DNA of 64,000 nt from Chthoniobacteraceae bacterium. GTDB taxonomy: Bacteria > Verrucomicrobiota > Verrucomicrobiia > Chthoniobacterales > Chthoniobacteraceae. The stretch covers positions 68,519 to 132,518 of the forward strand of contig JBBCKI010000034.1 of assembly GCA_037190965.1 (NCBI GenBank), written 5' to 3'. Numbering within the stretch: position 1 is the first letter of the stretch; every line of letters starts with the position of its first letter. The position numbers were made by a program, and so were the translations under genes. Positions 37,542 through 46,359 of the stretch are shown in pieces. The notes under the pieces are model-generated. The model was not told where the DNA came from, did no database searches, and saw only the letters and a list, made by a program, of their open reading frames with translations.

Positions 37542-39986
37542 TTAGCGTGCGAGAGCTGGCTTCGATGATTTGTCGCCCGGGTTGGATGAAGAGCAGCTGA
37601 TTAGTTTGACATTGCGGTGGATACCGCCGTTGCCATCCTCCTTTCGGACACGAACGGCAAGGACGTTGTCTTTCTTGGGATCGAGGCAATCTGTAATGTC
37701 GAAGAAGAATGAATCATCCCATCGATTGTGTCCGTCGACCGGGTCAATCAGGTCATGCCGTCCGATTTCCTTGCCGTTGATCCAAACGGTGCAATTGCCA
37801 TCGACGGCATCGAAGATCAGAATGACGCGCTTGTTGCGGTTGACTTTGGGAGTGGGAAAGGTGCGCCGGTACCAAGCCGTGCCGGTATAGCTGGAGAAGC
37901 CTTGGTGCTGCCATGGAGAACCGCTCTTGAGGCGAGGCCATTCAGCATCATCGATGCTGGTTGAAAACCATGAGCGGGTGACTCCGTCGTTGTTGGGGTC
38001 GACCTGGAATTTCCATCCGGCGTGGAAATGTTGAAGGATCCGGGAGTCCTCGAATCGGCTCTCCATGGTGTCGGCTTTTACGAGGTCGTTCTTTAACGAA
38101 ACCAGAAAGGCGGGGAGGAGGTAGCTGCCGTCGGCTTTTTTGACGCTACGACCTTCCTTTTTATTGAAAACGTCTCCCTTTGGATAGCGTTCGCAATAGA
38201 AGGTTTCCAGCTCCGAGAGCGCCTTTTTACCTTGATCGATCTTCCCGTTTTGAATCGCCTCAGCGGTTTTGCGGTAGAGGCGGGAAAACTCGTATCCGGC
38301 GAGGACGGTTTCCGTACGCCATTGATAGGGGGGAGAGTTATGCGCCAGCTTGCGAGCCTCCTCAACGTCGGCTTTGAGTTCTGCCAGAAATTCAGGAGTA
38401 AAGAGATTCTGGGCATGGCTGCCGCCGCTGCCAAAGTATGGGCCGCCCTTGCCTCGGGCCTCGAGTTTTTCATGATAGCGAAGCATGGGAGCGGCCGCCG
38501 GTCCGTAGTACTTCTCGCAGTAGTCGCGGATTGCCGCCTGGAGATCCATGTGCGGATTCCAAAGCAGACGAAGATACATGTACTGGCTCATTCCCTGAGG
38601 GCCCCAGGTCGGATGCGTTTCGTTATACGCACCAATGAACCCGTAGTCATGGTAAACGGAGAGGCGGTCCTGCATGGTCCAAAGCAGCGGAAGCGGGCCG
38701 GGCCAGGCGTAGTACGAGAGGTATTCTCTCGCGTACATTTTGACGCCGAGGCGGGAATAATCATCGATGTTCTTCAGGAAGCGGCTGTTGGGGATGCTTT
38801 TCGGATCGCGCAACGGGCGGGAATAGTCACTGAAGGCTCCGGCGAAGGGAGCCAGGCCGACCACGAGGTTGTCGGCCAGCTTTGGGACGCGGGAAGGGGC
38901 TTCGGTGTATTGGGAGTAGGCGAGGCAGTAGAGCCGCAGGCCGGGACAGGCCTCCGCGACTTTGGCGGCAATGATATTGTTGAAAGCGTAGACTCGGGAC
39001 GCCATGGAAAGGCCGTCGCCTCTGCCGCTTTTGGCGGCGGGATCATCGAGCGCGGTGCACTTTTCGCATTCGCACCAGCCAGCCCCGTCATTCGGGTCGA
39101 TGGAGGTCATGGTCCATTCGGGGTGGCTTTGAGCCTGGCGGATAACCGCCTCGGCAAAGGCGTCCTGCAGCGCGGGGTTCCCCAGGCAGCGCTGCCCGCG
39201 CGGGACACGCTTCCCGTCGATCCGCGGGAAGTAGTCGGGATGGCTCTCGAAGAGGCTCTTGGGGATCAGCGCATCGTAAGCGTGGCCCGCGCCGCCGAAC
39301 TGAAGGCTGCCGCCCAGCTTGGGATCGAACTGCCTCAGAACGTTGCTGCGGTTACGGAGAGCCCAAAGGCAGGCCATATTGGTTTCTTCGTCAGTAGCAC
39401 TCCGCAGGTAGGAACTGGCGTAAAGGGCGCTTCCCCATCCCCTTAGGGAAAAGGAGGGCTGGTGGAGATGCTTTCCTTCCTTGATCTGGAGATAACTGTT
39501 CTTGGGAACTTCTTCGCCCTCCGGCTCGGGTCGGAACCAGCGCACGCCTTGCTCTTCGAGAAACTGGTAGACACCGTACAAAATCCCCCAGTCGTGCTGA
39601 TGGATCCGCCCGTTTCCGTCGCTTATGGGCGGCTTGAAACCTCCGACGATACGGACCTGATCCGGGGAGGCGTCAATGATGAAGCGGTCGGGATCATCCA
39701 AGTCTTCCCAAAGCGTTTTATTTTCAGGGTGGCGGCCGATGATGATCGTCTTTTTCCCTTCTTCTGAAGGGCCTCTTTGGATGCCGATTTCCGCCCCGTT
39801 CATCTTTCGGAAATAGGTCTGAAGTTCTTCCGCCGCGAAGATTTCGGAGGGAGAGGCATCTTCCTGTAGACGGATTTCGATGCTCTTGCCATCCAGCGGC
39901 CATTCCGCTCCGAAAAGAAGCGGACTGGCGAACAAAGCGGCGGAAAAGGCCAGCGAGGCGAGGGGAACCAGGAGACGGCGGCGCAT
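37542..39986 (-). CDS. Secreted DUF4838 protein with C-terminal GH2-type sugar-binding domain
   Basis: Signal peptide; FAAEELQTYF..M.G, GILYGVYQFLEEQGVRWF, HPDYF, PNDG.GWCEC..C, LAYSQY, RLLWNP; then WKFQVDP...GTAWYRRTF, FDAVD...VWING. Confidence 0.8.
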   Translation of the reverse strand: MRRRLLVPLASLAFSAALFASPLLFGAEWPLDGKSIEIRLQEDASPSEIFAAEELQTYFRKMNGAEIGIQRGPSEEGKKTIIIGRHPENKTLWEDLDDPDRFIIDASPDQVRIVGGFKPPISDGNGRIHQHDWGILYGVYQFLEEQGVRWFRPEPEGEEVPKNSYLQIKEGKHLHQPSFSLRGWGSALYASSYLRSATDEETNMACLWALRNRSNVLRQFDPKLGGSLQFGGAGHAYDALIPKSLFESHPDYFPRIDGKRVPRGQRCLGNPALQDAFAEAVIRQAQSHPEWTMTSIDPNDGAGWCECEKCTALDDPAAKSGRGDGLSMASRVYAFNNIIAAKVAEACPGLRLYCLAYSQYTEAPSRVPKLADNLVVGLAPFAGAFSDYSRPLRDPKSIPNSRFLKNIDDYSRLGVKMYAREYLSYYAWPGPLPLLWTMQDRLSVYHDYGFIGAYNETHPTWGPQGMSQYMYLRLLWNPHMDLQAAIRDYCEKYYGPAAAPMLRYHEKLEARGKGGPYFGSGGSHAQNLFTPEFLAELKADVEEARKLAHNSPPYQWRTETVLAGYEFSRLYRKTAEAIQNGKIDQGKKALSELETFYCERYPKGDVFNKKEGRSVKKADGSYLLPAFLVSLKNDLVKADTMESRFEDSRILQHFHAGWKFQVDPNNDGVTRSWFSTSIDDAEWPRLKSGSPWQHQGFSSYTGTAWYRRTFPTPKVNRNKRVILIFDAVDGNCTVWINGKEIGRHDLIDPVDGHNRWDDSFFFDITDCLDPKKDNVLAVRVRKEDGNGGIHRNVKLISCSSSNPGDKSSKPALAR

Positions 39987-40004
39987 ACGGCTTGGATCTG
40001 CTAA

Positions 40005-40772
40005 CTAGTATTCGATGACCAACTGAGGGCGCTTGGACGGATCTTCGGCTTCGCAAGAGGCAAAGTAGGCGCCAACGTAGTAACTCAGTGCGGTCAGGAA
40101 GACGCCGTGGTTGCTCGACGGGTCGTTGATCCAACCCTGGGCGATCGGAGTGATGTCCCACTCCATCCAGGTATCGGGCTCCGTGATAAGTGGGGATGAG
40201 ACGGATCGGCTGGTATCGAAGTCCACTCCAGGCACGGGACCGTCTTCAATCTGATTGGCGTCTCCCCAGAATTGCGGGTTCTCCTGTCGATGCTCCCGGT
40301 AGGAATAGGTGGCGCTACCTTCCTCGACTTCGCCCTGTTGCGTGCCAGCGTTCCATGGCTTCAACACAGGATGGATACGGATGACGCGATCGGCCGGTCT
40401 GACCTTTTCGTACTGTCCATTGTCGGTCGGTTGTCCCGTTTTATAGAGCCGAAGGGTTGCTTTCTTGATTTTGGTGCGAAGGGGAACGCCTTTCAGGGCT
40501 TCAAGGTCGCTGAATTGGATCAGCCCAAGGCTTTTCATGCCGCCGTGGCGGACTCCGGCAACGTCGATCGTATTTTTACCGCCGTAGTTGAAACTCTGCT
40601 GATCTTCGCGTTGGCCGTAGAGCGTGGTGTCGGAAGCCCCATTGTACTGGTCGAGGCCATCCTGGAAGATTATTTCCTTCGCGTGAAGGGCCAGCGGGAG
40701 GAGGACTGCAGCCAGAACGCTGATCGAGGTAAGCCGAGATGAGCCTGAAGATATCAAGTGAGTGAGATTCAT
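40005..40772 (-). CDS. Secreted DNRLRE/CBM96-like domain protein
   Basis: Signal peptide; FQDG...Y.G.SDT, NYGG, LIQFSDL, IKKATLRLY, WDIT..AQGW, NHG, RPQLVIEY. Confidence 0.75.
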   Translation of the reverse strand: MNLTHLISSGSSRLTSISVLAAVLLPLALHAKEIIFQDGLDQYNGASDTTLYGQREDQQSFNYGGKNTIDVAGVRHGGMKSLGLIQFSDLEALKGVPLRTKIKKATLRLYKTGQPTDNGQYEKVRPADRVIRIHPVLKPWNAGTQQGEVEEGSATYSYREHRQENPQFWGDANQIEDGPVPGVDFDTSRSVSSPLITEPDTWMEWDITPIAQGWINDPSSNHGVFLTALSYYVGAYFASCEAEDPSKRPQLVIEY

Positions 40773-40781
40773 AGAGGGGGA

Positions 40782-41534
40782 TCAAAGGCTGAGAGTGGTC
40801 GTTTTGCCATCGAAGTAGTCCCAGATGCGAATTTGCATATTGGTGTTGCTATTAATGTCCGGCGGGACACTGGATTTGATGGCGCCGGAAGGGAACCGGC
40901 ATGTGAGGACGCTGCCGTCGGAGTAGAGAACGGGGTAGACCCCTTTATGCCACGAGAGAGGGTAGGCAGTTGGGTTTGAGGCCGCGTATGCGAACGTGCA
41001 CGAAATGATGGCCCTCCGGTCCATGGTGGCAAGAATGCGGAACTGCGGATTGGTGGGGTTATAGCTTTGGTTGAAGCCGCGAGTGACGTAATCGTTCAGA
41101 TACGGGGGCTCCGTGCTGGTGTAGTCACCGATATTTTTCAAAGTGCGAACGTTATTCGCATTTGCCGGGCAGACGTAGACTCGTTTGTCGTTCAGGTAGG
41201 GGAAGAGCTTGCCCGAGCCCAGCCACAGGCCGGACTCGCTATCCTTCATTGGACGCGAGAGCCATGTCCCAAGGGGAGTAACGTTGACCCTGTTATCCGC
41301 CGGATAAGGCCATTCGCCCCGGTTATCCGCAGCGTAGGTGCCGAGGACGGTCGCCATCTGGCGAAGGTTGCCGACGCATTTAACGACTTTGGCTCTGTCG
41401 CTGAAATTTTGAAGAGCGGGAAAAGCGAGTGCCGCCACCACCGCGATAATGGCAATGACAATCAGGAGCTCTAGGAGACTGAAAGCCCCTCGGGCCTTTC
41501 GATGAGAGCAGAGATGAAAACGGCACGCATTCAT
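40782..41534 (-). CDS. Prepilin-type N-terminal cleavage/methylation protein with H-X9-DG motif
   Basis: GAFSLLELLIVIAIIAVVAAL.FP, CVGNLRQ, YVCPA, WHKGVYPVLYSDGSV. Confidence 0.9.
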   Translation of the reverse strand: MNACRFHLCSHRKARGAFSLLELLIVIAIIAVVAALAFPALQNFSDRAKVVKCVGNLRQMATVLGTYAADNRGEWPYPADNRVNVTPLGTWLSRPMKDSESGLWLGSGKLFPYLNDKRVYVCPANANNVRTLKNIGDYTSTEPPYLNDYVTRGFNQSYNPTNPQFRILATMDRRAIISCTFAYAASNPTAYPLSWHKGVYPVLYSDGSVLTCRFPSGAIKSSVPPDINSNTNMQIRIWDYFDGKTTTLSL

Positions 41535-41631
41535 GGTTGGCAGGAAGAGTTTAAGGCAAAAGTGAGCACATTGCACATGCCGGCAGGAGACAGGCTGCGG
41601 CCTGTTGCCATGCCGGTCCTTCGCTAAAACA

Positions 41632-42471
41632 TCACGACTGGAGACGGACGCGCCGCCGCCGGGCCAGGCTGAAACCTCCCAGGATACCCGCGCCGATGAG
41701 TGTCAATGAAAGACCGGGCTCCGGGACCGTGAAGGGGGTGTTGTAACCCAGTTGTCCCGCTGTTAAAGCCGTGTCCGAAAGGCGAAAATCATTGAACTCG
41801 CCATAAATATTTCCACCGATGGCGATCGCGCTAAGCGCCGCTGGGAGAGCCCGACTGGTAACGCCGCTTTCTGAAAAGGTATCGACCAGCGTTCCATTAA
41901 CATAGATTTTTATATCCACGGCCGTTTTAACATAGGCAACGTGATACCAAGTGTTTAATGAAAGCGTCGTTGAGGTCGTGTAATTCCGGGTGCCGACGGA
42001 CTGGCTTTGCGAGTTAAACGAGGCAATGACCGCGCCGGTGCTGTCATATCCCAGCTTAAATAAGCTGGTTCCCCCGGTGGAGCTCGAAATAGACCACAAG
42101 GTGCCTCCTTGTGCTCCACTGATATTGGCAAACCCTTCCAGATAAACCCATCCCTCCATGGTGAATTGGTTGTTAGTGCTCAGGTTGATGCCGCTTACGT
42201 TGGTAACGGTTCCGGAGGTGGCCGCATTATACTTTGTGCTGGCGCTGTAGTCCAAACCGGACAATGCGGGATGGGAGAGAGAGAATGGATACTTGGAACT
42301 TTTGGTAACATCCCGGTTGAAATTCACCGTTCGTCCATTCCCGCTTTGATCTGCGTAGGATTTGCTCGATAGCTGTGTATCGAAGTTGTATTGGATTAAT
42401 GTGGCAGCTTGCAGTGAATTGGCGGCAGCGCAGAAGAGGGTTGCCGCGAGGGCGTTAAGCAGTCTTTTCAT
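41632..42471 (-). CDS. PEP-CTERM protein with LamG/ConA-like domain
   Basis: Signal peptide; FTMEGWV, NTWYHVA, IYVNG, DFRLSDTAL; VPEPGLSL-TM-RRRR. Confidence 0.88.
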   Translation of the reverse strand: MKRLLNALAATLFCAAANSLQAATLIQYNFDTQLSSKSYADQSGNGRTVNFNRDVTKSSKYPFSLSHPALSGLDYSASTKYNAATSGTVTNVSGINLSTNNQFTMEGWVYLEGFANISGAQGGTLWSISSSTGGTSLFKLGYDSTGAVIASFNSQSQSVGTRNYTTSTTLSLNTWYHVAYVKTAVDIKIYVNGTLVDTFSESGVTSRALPAALSAIAIGGNIYGEFNDFRLSDTALTAGQLGYNTPFTVPEPGLSLTLIGAGILGGFSLARRRRVRLQS

Positions 42472-42555
42472 GGCTATTTGGAGATGTTTTGGAGGGGTTG
42501 GTTTTCTAGTCGGAGGAGAGGTGGTAACCTAAGTGTTGGAGGGTGTTGGGCGGCG

Positions 42556-43590
42556 TTAGGCGGTGCCCGGAGGAGGGCCGCCGGCGGATTCTCGCCAAAC
42601 GAAGTCCATGTCCATGGTTTCAACGGAAAGCAGCTCGCCCTTTTCGATGCTGGCGATCATCTTCTCCATGATCTGAGCGCCCAAAACGTCATCATGCCGC
42701 CGGATGCTTGCGATGGGGAGATCGTACAGAGGTGCAAATGGACTGTCATTGAAGCCAATGACGGCGACATCTTCGGGAATCCGCTTTCCCTTTTTGCGAA
42801 GGGCTAAGATCGCCGCCGCCGCGACTTCATCTGTACCGGCCAAAATGGCATCGATGGACTGATGCTCGGGATGAGAAAGAATGGCTTCCACCCCCTCCCT
42901 GGTAGGCTCAGGCGCATCCAAAATCGCCAAGCTGGCATCGCTCGACTCGGAATTCAGCGCCCGCCGAATTCCGTCGATCTTCTCTTTGCTTCCCGTTAAA
43001 TGCCCAAGAACGGCAAAGTTCTTTCTTCCGCAACGAAGCAAATGCCTGACTGCCTGAAGCAGCGCATTCTCCATGGATTGTATAATACCGGGGAAAGGCA
43101 TGTCCCACTTGGTGTTCGTGGCGACAAACACATTGGGTAGGGTGCGAAGCTCTGAAATGATTTCGTCGTAGTAATTCAGAGGTGAGGGGCGGTACAATTG
43201 GATGATCAACCCATCCACTCGCCAACGCTTCAGTTGCTTGAGTTGGGACGCGATCAGATTGGCGTCGCTCATCGAGTCATAGACCAGTGCGTTATATCCG
43301 TGCTGCATCGCCTGCGTGCTGAAGCAGCGGAACAATTGGGTGGCGTAGGGGCCGCCGAACGACCAGAGCACACCGATGCAGTATGAGCGTTTCATACGCA
43401 GGCCGCTGGCAAACGGATTCGCGTGATAGCCAAGTTCCTTGGCTGCCAGTTGAACCCGTTCAATCGAGGCCGGTGCGATACGCAGCCTTGGGCCATGTCC
43501 ATTCAAGACCGAACTGGCTGTGGTCATGCTGACTCCGGCAAGTTTGGCGACAGCCTTGAGTCTGACGGGGGATGGGGAGTTTTCTTTCAT
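42556..43590 (-). CDS. LacI-family transcriptional regulator
   Basis: RLKAVAKLAGVSMTTASSVLNG, LGYHANPFASGL, VDGLII, IPEDVAVIGFND. Confidence 0.93.
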   Translation of the reverse strand: MKENSPSPVRLKAVAKLAGVSMTTASSVLNGHGPRLRIAPASIERVQLAAKELGYHANPFASGLRMKRSYCIGVLWSFGGPYATQLFRCFSTQAMQHGYNALVYDSMSDANLIASQLKQLKRWRVDGLIIQLYRPSPLNYYDEIISELRTLPNVFVATNTKWDMPFPGIIQSMENALLQAVRHLLRCGRKNFAVLGHLTGSKEKIDGIRRALNSESSDASLAILDAPEPTREGVEAILSHPEHQSIDAILAGTDEVAAAAILALRKKGKRIPEDVAVIGFNDSPFAPLYDLPIASIRRHDDVLGAQIMEKMIASIEKGELLSVETMDMDFVWRESAGGPPPGTA

Positions 43591-43592
43591 CT

Positions 43593-43646
43593 CACGCTGA
43601 ATCGATTTAGCGTGCTGATGCTGAATCGATTCTGCAACGGAGTCAA
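43593..43646 (-). promoter_or_regulatory. Putative lacI promoter (TTGACT-N17-CAGCAT) with two LacI-type operators, core AATCGATT
   Basis: Near-perfect palindromes CACGCTGAATCGATTTAGCGTG (43593-43614) and TGCTGAATCGATTCTGCA (43619-43636); -35 at 43646-43641. Confidence 0.78.
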
Positions 43647-43972
43647 GGCTTTTCCTGGGGGAGAAAATGTCGCTGAGTTGGCTCCGCGAATTTCGAGCCA
43701 GTGACGGTGTTAACCTGGAATGGAATTGCGGTTCTCCGGAAACTGTGCGAAGCCCAAGCGCACGGGGAACGATTGCCAGAGGCAGAATCGCGAGGTCACC
43801 CCAAGGCGGAAGTTGGGTGTCCAGTCGCCCCTTTCAGACCTTATCGCGGGCGCATTCGATTGACCGGAATAATTCGTCGGTCCTGCGGAGACTCTCGGGG
43901 AAGGGGCAGGTTCTGCTCTTCTAGTGTCCTGAGTCAGAAAATCTTGTCCAATTTTCCTCGTTCCCAAACCCT

Positions 43973-45655
43973 GAGACTGTGTGAAAACACACCTACGTCA
44001 TTGAAAGCCTGAGAGAGGGAGATCAGGATGAAGGGCGATGAGATTCATTGCCGGAGTAGACCGCTCGCAACGCCAGCTTCTGCCGGAGAGCCTTGAGGAT
44101 TACGTGACCAAGGGGGCTCCGGTAAGGTTTCTCGATGGATTCGTGGAAAGTCTGGACCTTGCAGAGCTTGGCTTTGTTCGCTCCAAACCGGCAACTACGG
44201 GAAGACCCTCATATTCTCCGGCAGATTTGTTGAAGCTCTACCTCTGGGGATACCTCAACAGAGTTTGCTCAAGCCGCAAGCTGGAGCGGGAATGCCAGCG
44301 TAATCTGGAAGTGATCTGGTTGATGCGCAAACTGGCACCGGATTTCAAAACGATTGCCGATTTTCGCCGGGATAACGCCAAAGCCTTCAAAGGAGTCTTT
44401 CGCACCTTCAACCTCCTGTGCCGGGAGATGGATCTTTTCGGGGCGGAACTGGTTGCCATTGATGGCACCAAGCTCAAGGCCGTAAACTCCCAAAAGCGCA
44501 ACCACAGCCGCCAGGAGCTAGAGGCCATGCTGTTGCGGATCGACAAACGGCTCGAAGAGTTTCTCTCTCAGCTCGCAGCAACTGACGAAGCCGAAGAAGG
44601 GAGCGCCCCCCTCACAGTGGCTATCGAAGATATTCAGAGCAAGCTCGAGCAACTGCGCGAGCGCCGCCAGCGCGCTCAGAAACAGCTCCAAAGCCTTGAA
44701 GAAAGCGGCTCAAAGGAATACTCGCAGACAGATCCCGACAGCCGCAGGATGAAAAAAGTGGGGATTGGCTATAACGCCCAGATCGCCGTCGATTCAAAGC
44801 ACCACCTCATTGTAGAGCAGAACGTTGTTCAAGAAGCCAACGATCTTAACCAACTCGCGCCAATGAGCGCCGCAGCCAAGGAGGCGCTTGGGGGCGAAGC
44901 ACTCAAAGTCGTAGCCGATATGGGTTATTACGATCACGAGCAAATTGCCAGGTGCGAGCAAGACGGGATCGAAGTTTATGTCCCACGCCCCAAGAAAGGG
45001 AGCTCGGAAGCCAATGGGCGCTTTGGAAAGAAGGATTTTGCGTATACGCCCGACACAAACTCCTATCGCTGCCCACAAGGAGCAACTCTTTTGGCTGCGA
45101 CCCGATTTAATAAACGGGGCCAAATACACCAGCGCTACGAGAATCCCGCAGCCTGTACAAAGTGTCCGCTCAAGGAGAAATGCACGACGGGGCCGCATCG
45201 GACCATTACCCGGTGGCACTTGGAGAGCCTCCTGGACACGATGCACCAACGGGTCGCCGCGAATCCCCAAATCATCCGCCAGCGCAAAGAGTTGCCTGAG
45301 CACGTCTTCGGCACAACGATGTTTTGGAACAACCAACGAGCTTTATTCATGCGTGGACTCGAAAAGGTACGCGGAGAGTTTTCGCTTACGTCGCTGGCTT
45401 ACAACATGAAGCGGGTGCTGACCATCCTTGGGGTGGAGAAGCTCCTCAAGCACTTCGCGATGAAAATTGGGGAAATAGCCACAGGAAGCGCCTCATGCTC
45501 CGCCCATCGCTTCGCCTCGACATTCTTAAACCCCTTGATCGCATTTTTCTACACCGTGGACCGAAACGGCGTGAAGTTCCACTGTTTGAACCCTCATTGA
45601 CCTTCGATGCCCTCGGTGCTTTCAGTGCTCGCCGGGGGTGTTTTCACACAGTCTC
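43973..45655 (+). mobile_element. IS1182-family insertion sequence (1683 bp)
   Basis: Perfect 18-bp terminal inverted repeats GAGACTGTGTGAAAACAC (43973-43990) and GTGTTTTCACACAGTCTC (45638-45655); CCT direct repeat on both flanks. Confidence 0.95.
44038..45600 (+). CDS. IS1182-family DDE transposase
   Basis: GRPSYSP..LLKLYLWGY, SSRKLE, PDFKTIADFR, AIDGTK, TDPDSR, GYNAQ, ADMGY, EHVFG, AYNMKR. Confidence 0.95.
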   Translation: MRFIAGVDRSQRQLLPESLEDYVTKGAPVRFLDGFVESLDLAELGFVRSKPATTGRPSYSPADLLKLYLWGYLNRVCSSRKLERECQRNLEVIWLMRKLAPDFKTIADFRRDNAKAFKGVFRTFNLLCREMDLFGAELVAIDGTKLKAVNSQKRNHSRQELEAMLLRIDKRLEEFLSQLAATDEAEEGSAPLTVAIEDIQSKLEQLRERRQRAQKQLQSLEESGSKEYSQTDPDSRRMKKVGIGYNAQIAVDSKHHLIVEQNVVQEANDLNQLAPMSAAAKEALGGEALKVVADMGYYDHEQIARCEQDGIEVYVPRPKKGSSEANGRFGKKDFAYTPDTNSYRCPQGATLLAATRFNKRGQIHQRYENPAACTKCPLKEKCTTGPHRTITRWHLESLLDTMHQRVAANPQIIRQRKELPEHVFGTTMFWNNQRALFMRGLEKVRGEFSLTSLAYNMKRVLTILGVEKLLKHFAMKIGEIATGSASCSAHRFASTFLNPLIAFFYTVDRNGVKFHCLNPH

Positions 45656-45809
45656 CCTGTTTGGGAGCGTCCATGTTTTCGAAACTCCAGTTTCGCAACC
45701 CTATCTGTTCCGGCACCCTGCACGCGATGACAAGGCTTTCGAATCAGAGATTCGGGGACAATGGCATTACCAATCTGGAGATTGGTAACGAGAGAATCGC
45801 GCTAAAACA

Positions 45810-46340
45810 TCATTCGCGCGGTAGCGCGCCTGCTTTCCGGTCCCCGGTTTCCTCTTTCTTTTCTTCTCTGAAAGACTGGATGATGAACAACGCCGCCGCG
45901 ATAAAAATGCACGAATCGGCCACATTGAAGGCGGGCCATGGGTTGGCGAAGGGGACGTGGAGATCGAAGAGAAGAAAATCGACCACGTAGCCGTGGGCGA
46001 TCCGGTCGGTCAGATTGCCGAGAATCCCTGAGAGCAGGAGCGCGAAGCCGACCCGGCTCAGCGTGTCCGGGAACATGCCGCGCCGTGCCAGCACCGCCAG
46101 AACCACAAGCGCCACCACCGAAAGCCCCATGAAGAAGGAGTTCGAGTCGCTCATGATGCTGAAAGCGGCTCCGGTATTGTGCCATCGGCCCAGGTCGAAG
46201 AACCCCGGGATGACGGGACGAGCCTCCTCCAACTGGAAGTTACGCAGGACCGCCAGCTTGGTCACCTGATCAAGCACATACAGCGGCAGGGTGATTGCCG
46301 CCAAAAGACGGGGATAACTTGCGCGCAAAGCAGAGGTCAT
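45810..46340 (-). CDS. lspA: Signal peptidase II
   Basis: LDQVTK, NTGAAFS, GILGNLTDR, VVDF, WPAFNVADS; downstream of ileS. Confidence 0.96.
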   Translation of the reverse strand: MTSALRASYPRLLAAITLPLYVLDQVTKLAVLRNFQLEEARPVIPGFFDLGRWHNTGAAFSIMSDSNSFFMGLSVVALVVLAVLARRGMFPDTLSRVGFALLLSGILGNLTDRIAHGYVVDFLLFDLHVPFANPWPAFNVADSCIFIAAALFIIQSFREEKKEETGDRKAGALPRE

Positions 46341-46359
46341 GGGGCTAAAAGTCTCGGCA

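Larger units (their letters stand above)
43957..45792. repeat. REP-like element family 2, full two-arm copy interrupted by the IS1182 element
   Basis: Removing the IS restores CTCGTTCCCAAAC-CCT-GTTTGGGAGCG, then CGAAACTCCAGTTTCG, spacer, CGAATCAGAGATTCG and TTACCAATCTGGAGATTGGTAACGAG. Confidence 0.82.

Noticed and set aside
43700..43830. Possible decayed family-2 REP upstream of module B
   Set aside because: Similarity too weak to support by eye.
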